NCBI GenBank assembly: GCA_964247055.1
Contig: OZ176060.1
Location: 310,001-374,000 of the forward strand
Source of the DNA: Paragordius varius
Lineage: Eukaryota > Animalia > Nematomorpha
Length of the DNA: 64,000 nt
Direction: 5' to 3'
The notes under the pieces were generated by a model. It saw only the letters and a list, made by a program, of their open reading frames with translations, had not been told where the DNA came from and searched no databases. The position numbers were made by a program, and so were the translations under genes. This document shows positions 25,460 through 36,910 of this stretch, piece after piece (the stretch's first letter is position 1; each line of letters starts with the position of its first letter).

Positions 25460-27169
25460 GTGAGTAAAAACAACTGAAAGAAATGGTCCCAATTCAAATT
25501 TATGCGCCTAATAAAAATTATATAAATAAGCGAGGATATCTAAATAAAATTTAGTTTTGAATACAACGCTATGTAACTTTTTTTTGACGCCATTTTTATA
25601 TTGAAGCATTTTTGCAAAATATCATGTAATTTTTAAAGCTAAAATTTAAGCTATTTTTTGTATATAACAATAAGAGAAGTAAAAAAAGTGGGTATTTTTT
25701 TAAAATATTTTATAGCTATTGCAAACATGTCATGTTAAGAAAATTTTCTTACGGTTTTACCTTAAGATAAGTAATATCAAATTATAAATGTTATATTTCG
25801 GTTCTTTAATATTATATAAATGCAAACTTCTGCCTGTATATATTGTATTCCATATTTCAAAGCCTAAGGTATCCCAAGACCCTAATTCATATCAAAGATT
25901 GAAAAGAATGTTTATTAAATATTTTAATTAAATTTTTATAAAATAAAAAGCTTTGATTAAAAAATTAGACCTTTAGTAATATCATTGATAAATTAATAAT
26001 TTTCTGTAAATTTATTATTTTCTTTTGTATTGTTAGATTTATGCTAATTCCTTATTGGAATACAATAATGTCGCCAAAAACATTTTTCAATATTAATATT
26101 TTAAAGAATTCTTTTATACTTTTAGTTTCTTAATGCTCGACGGTTTTCAAACGCATTCAAACGTAATCAACTGATATAATCTTACAAATAAATTGAAAAA
26201 GGGTGGCTCGCCGATTAAACCATAGAGTTTATTATACAAAAATTTAGAGTGTATACAGTACCCTCTTATTTTGTAAATATAGAATTACAGACAAAAGGTA
26301 TAAACACATTTTTTTAATTAAGAAATTTTTATAACCTATTAAAACTTGTTAAATTTCATTACATATTAATTTGGTACCAACATATTTTTTTATTATAAAT
26401 TTAAAACATTCTATTCTAAAAGTATGTTTGACTTTTGAGAGTATTTTTATGTCATATTATTACGTTTTTTCTGTTTTATATGATAATTAATTATAGTCAA
26501 AAATTACAGTTACACAACACACTCTATATAAATTGCATAATTATAATATTGAGCTCTATCAGATGGTGTAAAAGGAATTAACTCATATATAATAAAGTGC
26601 TTCAATTTTCATAAATATATGCGTGCGTTTGAGTCCACTTTAAGCTCTACTAAAATAGTTTAATTAGAAATTTTTACTATATCTGCCTATGTATAATTTA
26701 TTTATCTAAATTGATCATTATAAACGAAGTATTAAAAGAAATATACAAGCTCTACACCTATATCTAGATATCAATTTTATATTATATTGTTAGTAATTTT
26801 GTGCTATACACTCAATGCCATACTACGAGAAAAATCAATCTTATTTAAAATATATTTTTATCAATTTAGATTCAATTTTTGTTTTTTTTGCGGGAAAGGA
26901 AGGAGAGCTTCAACGTGTTTGCTATAATTTCACACTGTCTTATTTATTGCCTGAAAACAATATAATACCTATTAATATGAGTTATTTAGCAAAATATATT
27001 CATTCAAATTAGCTCTTTGCTCAAATTTGCTAAAAATAAGATTTTATAAAAAAATTTAGATTTTTTATAAGTAATTTTTAGTAATAAAATTACATTATAT
27101 TTAAAATTTTTGTCCTGGACCCCTCATTTTTGTGTTTATTTTAAATTAATTTTGTTATGATAGGATTAG

Positions 27170-28230
27170 GGATGCCTTCTCTGGCTGTAGTACTAGTGAT
27201 ATTTTGTATTGTTTTCCAAAGATTTCAGTGTCATCGTCAATTTCGAGTATTTTGAATCTGTTTTCAAGTATTAAAAGAAACTCGGGGGAGTTCGCAGAAA
27301 AATATAATTTAGGTTTATGCTGAAATCTTGGTTTGCGTGAGAGTACTAGTTTAATTTTAGTTTAGCTACAAGGAGATTTTGATCAGAATAACAGTCGGAA
27401 CCAGGGTAGGTTTGTACGTTCATAAATGACGATTTATATTTTAGAGAATAAAGTCGATTTGGTTTCTGTACCTCTTGCAAGGTGAGGTCCATTCCCTACT
27501 TAGGTTGTTGGAAAAAGGAGTTTGAGATGAAGAATTTATGTTCGCTGCAAAATTCTATAAGGCGGTCGCCTCTATCGTTTTTGTTTCCCAGTCCTTTCCC
27601 ACCAGTGATTTTATGTGTATTATCATTACTTACTATCGCGTTAAAGTCGCCAAATACAAATATCATGTCCTTTTTGAAAACTTTCTTAATATCTGAGGGC
27701 CTCGTAAAATGTTAGAAAACTTCTTCGTTATTAGATTTAATAGGGGCATAGATTTGGCATATCGTTATTGGTTGTGGAGAAGAGTTCAATCGAAGTGATA
27801 TTATGCGATCGCTGTGTGGATGGTGAATTTCAGATGAAGGGATTTGGTCACTATAGGGCCACTCCGTTTCGTTTATTGTATCAAGACCAGAGTACAATAG
27901 TATGTGATTTCTATGTGACCGTTTATTGGGATGTCGGATTCTGCTATCCCTAATACACTGAAGTCGAGTTACACCATTTCTTTTATAATAACTTCGATTT
28001 TGTTGGTGGTGCGGCGTGAATTCCATGTACCGATACGTAAAGACAAATCGCTGGAATTTTGGAAAAACTGTAGTTTTATAGACAATGTTCCGTGAATGCT
28101 ATGCTGTGAAGGGGAATGGGGAGTCTTGTGCAAATTGTCAAGTTAGATTAATTTTGTTTCATCCCTGATACTGATACTGGTTAGATGATGTGGATGAGGG
28201 AGGATGTATTAGCAATGGATAAGTTTGTGA
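27170..28230 (-). mobile_element. RTE-clade LINE fragment: 5' region plus APE endonuclease, no RT
   Basis: ORF 27712-28026 contains LLYSG, SDRIISLRLNSSPQPITICQIYAP. Downstream frames give GDFNA, QIDFIL and VQTYPGSDCYSDQNLLVAKLKL, typical RTE endonuclease motifs. Frameshifted. Confidence 0.85.
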
Positions 28231-30129
28231 TGAAGGATATGAGGAAAAAATAAGTTGTATATTGTCTTAAAATTTAGATCTCTTTATGATAATTTTTATG
28301 GATATCCAATTTTAAGATTCATTAAAATCGTGTAATTTATATTATATATATAATATTGTAATATACGGACAAAACAATTATTAAAAAAATATTATTTAAA
28401 TTGCAAAGTATGAAAAAGAGATGTATATTGGACACCAATTATTAATTTTACAATTGTTTTCAAATAGTTTAAAAAACCCAAATAACAATTTTTAGAAAAA
28501 AATATATCTCTAATTTTAACTTTTTTACGTATAATTACTGTAAATAGATGGCTTATTTTATGCAAATTAAAACTGTTTTTTATTTCATAAGTAAATTCAT
28601 ATGGTATTCATTGTTAAGCGCAAAATATATTTTAAATAAAAATAGAGATTATTTATATTTTAATATGGTATAAATTGTTTTATATAATTGGGCTCTAACG
28701 TTTGCTTTTTGTACACTTGTTTTTACTCTCATTTAAATTTTTGCTTAAAAAATCAACAAAATGATTATAATTTTAAATCAATTCATTTTTTACCACGAAT
28801 TATGAGCTTAATAATAATTAAATTTTTATCAAATAATTATGACAAGACTTATCAAGGAATGTATTTTTTGGCTAGGCACTTATAAACTGTAAAGCTGCAT
28901 AATTGTTAAAAAATAAGAAATTTTTTAATGAATTATACATTATTAGGTTATGTTAATAATAAGGACGTAAAATTTGAGTTGGCACCAATTTTTTTAAATC
29001 TTTTTCTATTCTTAGATCACTATTAGGTTTAGCGTTATAATCCTCAATTCTGACCTTATGTATTGAGTTTTACTGTATATGTTATATAGGCTCATCACGT
29101 TTTTTAAAAATATATATAGCCTAAGAGTCGGATTGAATCGTTTGATATTAGCTATTGGGTTATATAAATAACTGTAATCTTTCCAAAAAGTACTTCCGTT
29201 TAAATAAAGGCAAAAGTATTTATTATATTATTTTATGCTTCAATTGATGGTAATAATAAAAAAATGGTTTAAAATTAGGATGACGAAAATGCGAATGATT
29301 GTTGAAAAAAATACATTAATTAGAATTCTATAATACAAGAAATCAATAATGCGGAGAGCAAGTATCATTTTAAAATGGCAAATACGTAATTAGGCTCAAA
29401 TAAAAAATAATGTTTTTACCCATAAGATTATTTTTAAAATACTGCACATATTAACAATCAAAAACGAATCAATTACCCAATTATAACGTATTTTATTGAA
29501 TTCATTGTGTTTTATTAAACTTTATAAACAATTTTTTGTTAATTTCAAATGATTTTTATTCAAATTAATTAATATATTTAAAATTTTATAACAATAAAAA
29601 TTAACATAATACAACAAAAAAATATTTAAACAGACAAAAAATAAAAACAAATATTTGAGACACATACTTTTTTAATTCTTGATTATTTTAACTATGGCAT
29701 ATAAAACGATGAGTTATATTAAACATTACGTCATATCCGCATAATTTCAGTTTTACTGTACTTAATTGGAAATAATTATAGGTTATATTTATATTAGCCT
29801 TATTATTGTCTACAACTTTAATAAAACATTATAATACATATTTTTAATATATTTGGAAATATATATTAAAAGCGTAATATATTAATTAAAATAAATAGGT
29901 TACAAAATATAATGTTGGTACGAACGGATTCGCCAGGATATTACTAAGCCAGATGAACGAAAAGCTTCGGCTTGATTCCAGCCTTCAAAAGTGTCTTTGA
30001 TTATAAAACTTTGTCAAGCCATTTTATAGTTTAGAACCCATTTAACTGCTGTCGCAAAAAAATATGGGATTTTCGATCTCACATCTAATTGATTTTTAAT
30101 GTTTTGCTTTTGATTGTAGTTTATGGCAT

Positions 30130-31450
30130 ATTTTAGTAATTTTTTTCGGAATCAAGCATTTACTTTTACCAAAAAAATTTATTACAAATTGCGCAAAATT
30201 TGACATTTTCTCATATGGAGCAACAAAAGTGTAAATAAGTTTTTTATATCACTCATAGTTTAAACCAAAAGCACCATGACAATTCTGATACATTTTTATA
30301 TCAGGATATATTATTACATTGAGATTGTGGGGCATATACCTGTTGACAATATTTTAATTAATACTTAGCTTTTACTAAAAATTCTTTTTTAAGAAATTTG
30401 GGCAAACTTTGACAAAACTGTAAATATCTTATCACTCGTAAGGGCCAAAATCAAAAGGCATTATGATATTCTTGATATATCCTATCAGAATATATAAATA
30501 TATGTCATCAGGTTCATACTTCCTGATTTCGAACGCAGTGTATTAAAATATTATAGACCTATATATTGGACAATTCTTTATTATAGTTATAAAGTAAACT
30601 TTAACTAATTCACTATATATATTAATGGTTTCTAAAAAAATTAATTAATTGTCCTTTGAGAATGTACATATAGCAATTAAGTACGCAATAATATTTAACA
30701 ATTTATACCATATTAAAAGTTAAAAAATCTCTATTTTTCTATAAATTATATTTTTGCTTTAGAATAAATGTAATATGCGGTTTCTTATATATATGTTTGT
30801 ATAATACATAATTGAGTGCGTAATTAATATACATCTCTTTCAACTTTGTAGTTTATATCAATTATGAATTTTCAAACATATCAAGTTTATAAAAGTACAT
30901 TGGTGCTCATTTGAAAAAAACATTTGTCCATATGTTTTTTTATCTGTATAAATCCATATTTCTAAATGAGCTATATCCTCCCCTCCATTTATGATTGTTT
31001 TTTTCGCTTTAGCAATATTATATACTAATAGTCCTTATATTTTGATTTTAGGTAATTTTCAGTCAAAGTATTTATTATATTCCAAATAAAATTTTCCACA
31101 AAGGCAAATTATAACTTTTTCTACTTACGTGAGAATCATTAAAATGATTTTGTGTATTTTCCATTTAAATGTTAGATTGGGTTCATTTCATGCATAAAAT
31201 CAAGTTATAAATCCATATTTTTTCCATGGTACTATAAGTTAAACGAATAAATATGCGAAAAAAATTGAATGTTACCAGTTACATTATACTTTTAATTTCC
31301 ATTAAAAACTTATATAAAAATCATGGATTAAATTTGGCCTTTTTAATAAAACAGTAGATAATTTTTAACTTATTCCCCTCTTTATAATTTATATTCGTAT
31401 TATTAGAGCCTATACTAAACAAGAATGCCCTAAACTAATAATTTGGTGAT
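30130..31450 (-). repeat. Inverted copy of ~9440-11010
   Basis: Collinear reverse-complement anchors (30540/10495, 30945/9895, 31420/9470). Confidence 0.75.
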
Positions 31451-31934
31451 TCTTTGTAAAATAAATGACCATATAAATTTATAAAATTTGTAATATACTT
31501 GCCATCTATTTAAAAAATCGTATAAATTCTTTTGTTAATGATAAAAATTTATCAATCACAATAGCGGGAAGCTAATTGATTGCACAAAATATATTATTCA
31601 TTTACTTATCCTTTCAAAATATTTGATAATCAAAAAGTTATAACTGGATGTGTAATTTGTAATTTTTATTTAATATTATACATTTATTATTATCATTAAT
31701 TTTGCTTTAAGTAGTTTTATATTTTGATGAAATAGGCCTGTATCGCACATAAATTACTGAATTATTTTAAGCTTATTTTTGAATTTCTATAAATATTTTA
31801 TAGTGGTAGTTTATTAGTGCTTAGCGGTTTTTATACAGTACTAAACGTAATCTTTTGAAAAAAATCTGAAAATTACAATAAAAAAGCGTTGGCTGATTGA
31901 CACCGTAATTTTAATTTAAAAACTATAATATTTA

Positions 31935-32128
31935 CAGTACCCTTTTAATTGTTGGCCATTTCATTATTAGGCCAATTAACAATACAGTAACGTCGGAGTT
32001 TAAAACATCAAACTGTGTGCAATAAACATTTTTTCATATAACAACATGAATTATGTTTATTAGTTTATGGAAATTTGTTTTATAACATACGCTACTATAT
32101 AACTAATTGTTCAACGATATATGTATTG
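31935..32128. mobile_element. MITE family 2 copy
   Basis: TA-CAGTACCCTTTTAATTGTTGGCC...ATTG-TA, followed directly by CAGTAATTAAAATTTAACGGAG (family-1 end). Confidence 0.7.
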
Positions 32129-32399
32129 TACAGTAATTAAAATTTAACGGAGAAAACGCAAAATTTTTTTCAAAAGACAAAGCTTACATTTTAAAATTTT
32201 ATTTATCCTATAAATATCATAATCTACAAAAAAAATCCAGTACAAGCAGTCAAATAGCATGTAAAATATTTTATTTACGAAAAGGCATATAGGGATACGT
32301 GTCCATATAATAAATTAAATCTCAATTTTTTATTTGCATAAATTATAAATTGAAAACAAAATATATAATTTTGATGTGTTTTTACAAATGAATTTTAAT

Positions 32400-32985
32400 A
32401 TATATTTTTTATATGCCTGGCAAGACTGCATTTATGAGTCTAATTAGTAATACAAGCATCGATGTTTAATTTATGAACAGATTCAATGTGTTTTGCAAGA
32501 TTTTTTTGGCATATTTCTAATTACAAATCGGACTTCCCTTTTAATTTGTTCATGAACAGATTTCATGTGCCTTTCAAGACTTTCTTTTCCTGAAAACTCG
32601 TATTTACAAATGGGACATGGATGTTTTATTTGTTCATGTACTAATTGAATATGTGTTGCAAGATGGCATTTTTGAGTAAATTCTCTTTTGCAAATCAGAC
32701 ATTCATGTTTAATTCTCATGTGAACACTCTGAATATGTGTTGAAAGATAGCCTTTTTCGGCATATTTCTTTTTACAAATCGGGCATTCGCCTTTAATTTT
32801 CTCACGAACTGAATAAATGTGTCTAGAAAGATTGCTATTATCAGAAAATATTTTCGAACAAATTTTGCACGGATATTTAACTTGTTCATGAACAGATGTT
32901 ATGATAAAATAATCCCGCTCGCGTTTTATATATTTTGTTACATTGCACACATTCAGACATTTTTCACCAGTTAGCCATAGTTTTA
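32400..32985 (-). pseudogene. C2H2 ZNF copy B (originally at least 6 fingers), frameshifted
   Basis: ORF 32483-32950 has four intact fingers. The first finger (CVQCNKIYKTRAGLFYH) is cut off by a 2-bp deletion, and further degraded fingers follow the fourth. Confidence 0.85.
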
Positions 32986-33149
32986 TTCAATTTTTTAGGC
33001 TTTGCATTATTAAATTATCAATACTCATTTTTTACCACATGAGTACACCTTTGTTCGAAATTTAAAAGTATTCTTGTTATATAAAATATAATATTAGCCA
33101 AAAATTGAAAATAATTTGTTGAATATTCCATTAAAACTTAACTTACAAA

Positions 33150-34270
33150 AATCAAGGTTTAAATTTGGCCTTCTTATTACAACAGTAATTAATTTTTAAC
33201 TTCTCCCCCTCTTTAAAATTTATATTCATATTATTAGAGATTCTACTAAACAAGAATGCCGTAAACTAAAGCACTAATTTGGTAAGGAATTCTAATGTAA
33301 CAAAAGAGTTACCAAGATATGGCCAATAAAACGTAAATCTCACTAAAACATATACCAGAAGTGTTGCAAATAAAATACTATTACACGCTAATAAAATAAA
33401 ATTAAAATTGTTTATAAACGCACAGAAAAATGATGGACAAAAATAAATATAAATTGGCCATATAAAATGCGTCAATATAATAATATTTAATTACATAATA
33501 CATACATATATGAAAGAATCCTTAGACTAATTGTTTTAGTTTTTTTTTGATTTATAGGTTCTAACAAATCATGTTTTATATGCCAATAATTATATTTAAA
33601 AAATATATTAAGCTAAGAATTCAAGTCATAGATTAAATTGACATTTTATAAAATAGCCGAAATGTTCTAAAAATCAAATACACGCTCTATACAAAATGAT
33701 GTAAGAAGATTTTATGTCTAATTTTAAGTAACTGTATCTTATTTTATAAAATATTAAAATATATAGGCACACAAAATTATGTAATTTGACTATTCACTTG
33801 TTGAAGCAAAAAAAAGATACATTTTCTTTTAAATATTACACTATGTTACAAATTCCACCCTAAAATGCGCAGATGTATTTTACGTAGCGTAAATTATAAA
33901 ATAATGTATAGCTGAATTATTTGGTTAAAAATTTGACTTTCTTTAGTTGAAGTTGAGAATTAGTTCAGAGTAAGGTCAACAATTATTATTTTTTAATAGA
34001 TTTTATCACATTAAATAATTATTTATGAAATTTATCTAAAAAGATGTTTTCGTTATTAATCTATGATGATCTTTTTAAAAGTTTTTTTCTAATTACAAAT
34101 GAATATTTATTGTATGTATTAATAATAACATAATAAGTATATGCCATCTTCTTTATATTTAATATTATTATGTATATAAACCTATTTTAGTTAATATAAA
34201 TTATCCTTTCGCTGAAAAGACCACCAATAATAGAAAAAATAATCGATTTCGAAAAAGGTGTACATATATG
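33150..34270 (-). repeat. Inverted copy of ~8480-9570
   Basis: TTGACTTTCTTTAGTTGAAGTTGAGAATTAGTTCAG at ~33930 is the reverse complement of ~8775-8812 and ~21095-21130. Confidence 0.8.
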
Positions 34271-34319
34271 GCAAAAATGAGAGTAATATTGATTTTAATT
34301 TTAATTCAAAGCCTAAAAA

Positions 34320-34656
34320 ATGAATACTATAGCGAACTCAGAAAAAATATATGAATGTATGCAATATAAAAAAATATATAAAACGCCTTCGGGGTTATTT
34401 TTCATAATAAATCTGTTCATGAACCCATTAAATTTCCGTGCGAAATTTGTTCAAAGATATTTTCGTATAAAAGCAATTTTGCTAGGCACATCATCTCTGC
34501 ACACAAAAAAATTGAACATGAATGTCCTATTTGTATAACTGAATTTTCTCAAAAACGCTCTCTTGTCACATTCAGCCTGTTCATGAACAAGTTAAATATC
34601 CTTGTCCGACAAAAAAGCACTATTATCAACCATATATTAAAAATGTACAAAAATAA
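34320..34656 (+). pseudogene. C2H2 ZNF copy C, decayed, head-to-head with copy B
   Basis: After a 1-bp deletion in a T run (~34400) the alternate frame reads HNKSVHEPIKFPCEICSKIFSYKSNFARHIISAHKKIEHECPICITEFSQKRSLV; further deletions follow. Confidence 0.85.
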
Positions 34657-35307
34657 ATATTATTTGTATATAATATCATATCTTTTTATAAATAAATTAT
34701 ATTAAGATTTTATTAATTTTATGAAAACTTTTTGAAAATAAAATGACTTAATAAGTTAATTAAATATTTGGCACATTCTTTGACTGGTCTGTTTTGGAGT
34801 TTATCTTTATAAATTGCATTATTAAAGCCAAAATTAATCATGGCTAATTAGCTATATAGTAACGTATGATATAAAACAACTTCTGTCCATAAACTAATAA
34901 ACACATTTAATGTTTTAATTATAGAAATGTATATTTCACGCCGTTTGTTGTTTTTTACTCACACGTTACTGTATTGCCAATTGCCCAAAATAATGTGAAT
35001 TGGCCGACAATAAAGTGGGCCTAAAGCTTTTCATATAATTAATAGGTTCTACGGTTAAATTAGCGAGTCACGCATAAATATTAATCTAAAAATGTTGCAT
35101 ACATAACAACACATATAATACTCGTAAACTACATATTGTCGTAAATTTCGGCTTGAAGGACCAAATAAATTCAAATTTTTCTTAAAATAAAACTCAGCGT
35201 TATATATTGTCATATTTTACCCAAATGATAATTTTCCAATTAATTTATATTCCATTCCTAAAGTTTTCTTTCACATGTATAAATTGGGGTCTATAAAATA
35301 TGTCATG

Positions 35308-35311
<4 letters not shown>

Positions 35312-35349
<38 letters not shown>
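35312..35349. repeat. (AT)n microsatellite
   Basis: Direct reading. Confidence 0.95.
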
Positions 35350-35351
<2 letters not shown>

Positions 35352-35659
35352 TTATAGGAAAATGGATGACTACCATAAGGCTTTTGGTTTCGGTCCTCAC
35401 GAGTGATTAAAAGTTTAGTAATTGTTCAATATCAGAGTTTTTCGAAATATATATTACTACTTTTCTTTGATAATGGTTTAACGGTTTATTTGTAAATATC
35501 AGTAAATTTTATCATATACTACTTATAAATAGACAAAAAAATATTTTAAATTTTAATGTACCAAGTTTTATCCCTCTTAATAAATCAACCAGTTATTTTA
35601 AAATAAACTCGAAAATGCTGAGATTAAATTTCCAAGGTTATTGAAATGTTCAACATTAT

Positions 35660-35661
<2 letters not shown>

Positions 35662-35724
<63 letters not shown>
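35662..35724. repeat. (AT)n microsatellite
   Basis: Direct reading; longest run in the window. Confidence 0.95.
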
Positions 35725-35728
<4 letters not shown>

Positions 35729-36671
35729 TTATCAAGATTTAAAAAGCATGGTGTTTTTTTAAAAATATTTGTCTTTATATTTTTACATTTTGCCATTATT
35801 TACTCTCATTTTTATTTTGTTTGACGATATAAATATGCGATAGAGCAGTTGATTAATTTGAAATTTTGTGTGTAATGTTTGAAAATATTCTACGTAACAA
35901 ATGCCAATATATATACAACTTATTTGTGTAAACTAAACTTTTGTGTTTTTAACTCTCCTATGTGTAATCTCTTGATTGTTTTCCTAAAAACTAAAATTTT
36001 TGCCTATATAACCCTTAAAATTTCATGAAATAAATTAATTTTTATTATAATATGTTTTTATAATGTGTCTGGAATTTATGTTACATATTATAGATAAAAT
36101 AGCTAGTTTTGATAGCCATAATAAAACATTATATCTTGTTAGAAATGTAAAAAAGTCTAATTCGAAAACATATTTTAATTATGAATATATGACGACACGT
36201 GATTTTATGCCTAAAGCCCGTTTTCACAATGCGCAGACTCGGGCAACATAAAAATTATTACTATAGGAAATAATTCTGTCAGGAAAATGTATGAGGGCTC
36301 TTGATTTGGCTCTTACAAGTGATATAAGACGATATTATGACATTTGAGCTCCATGTCAAAAAATGTCAAAATTCGCGCACATTATGTTCAACAATTATTT
36401 TAATTAAAGCCAAATGCTTTATTTTAAAATACATCACTAATTATAGGCAAAACAATATTTAAAAAATATATTATTTGTATGTGGGAAGTCCTAAATTATT
36501 TGCTCTTCTAAAATCGCACATTATGTTAAACAATTATTTTAGTTAAAGCCAAATGCTTTATTTCAAAATACAACACTAAAATATATCATCGATATAAGCA
36601 AAACAATATTTTAAAAAAATTCTTTATATGTGGGAAGCAAATTTTTTGATCTTCTAAAATGGGTTAGTTGT

Positions 36672-36910
36672 CTAAAATAAACCACCACAAAAATCAATAA
36701 ATTTACTCCGATATGTACCATTATTGATTCCAATGATATAAGCATGAATGATATAAACCAGTTATTTGATGGTAATATAATAATAATGCAAAACATATAA
36801 AGTCCTCAAACACTCAAAAAATAAAAAATATTATCGATGTGTTCAATTTGATAAAATTTATATGTTTTAACCACACATATTCGTTTGTTCACACATAAGT
36901 TAAATATCAT
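36672..36910 (+). pseudogene. Relic of an A/D-type ZNF (linker plus first finger)
   Basis: Reads FTPICTIIDSNDISMNDINQLFD, then TATCGATGTGTTCAATTTGATAAAATTTAT...ACACATATTCGT, homologous to ITPVCDSIDFNDISMNNINKLFD...YRCIQCDKIY...THIR of copy D. Confidence 0.8.

Noticed and set aside
11830-26630. RIP-like CpA-to-TpA hypermutation of duplicates
   Set aside because: In the segment compared by eye, 8 of 13 differences between the copies are transversions, not the near-pure transitions RIP produces.
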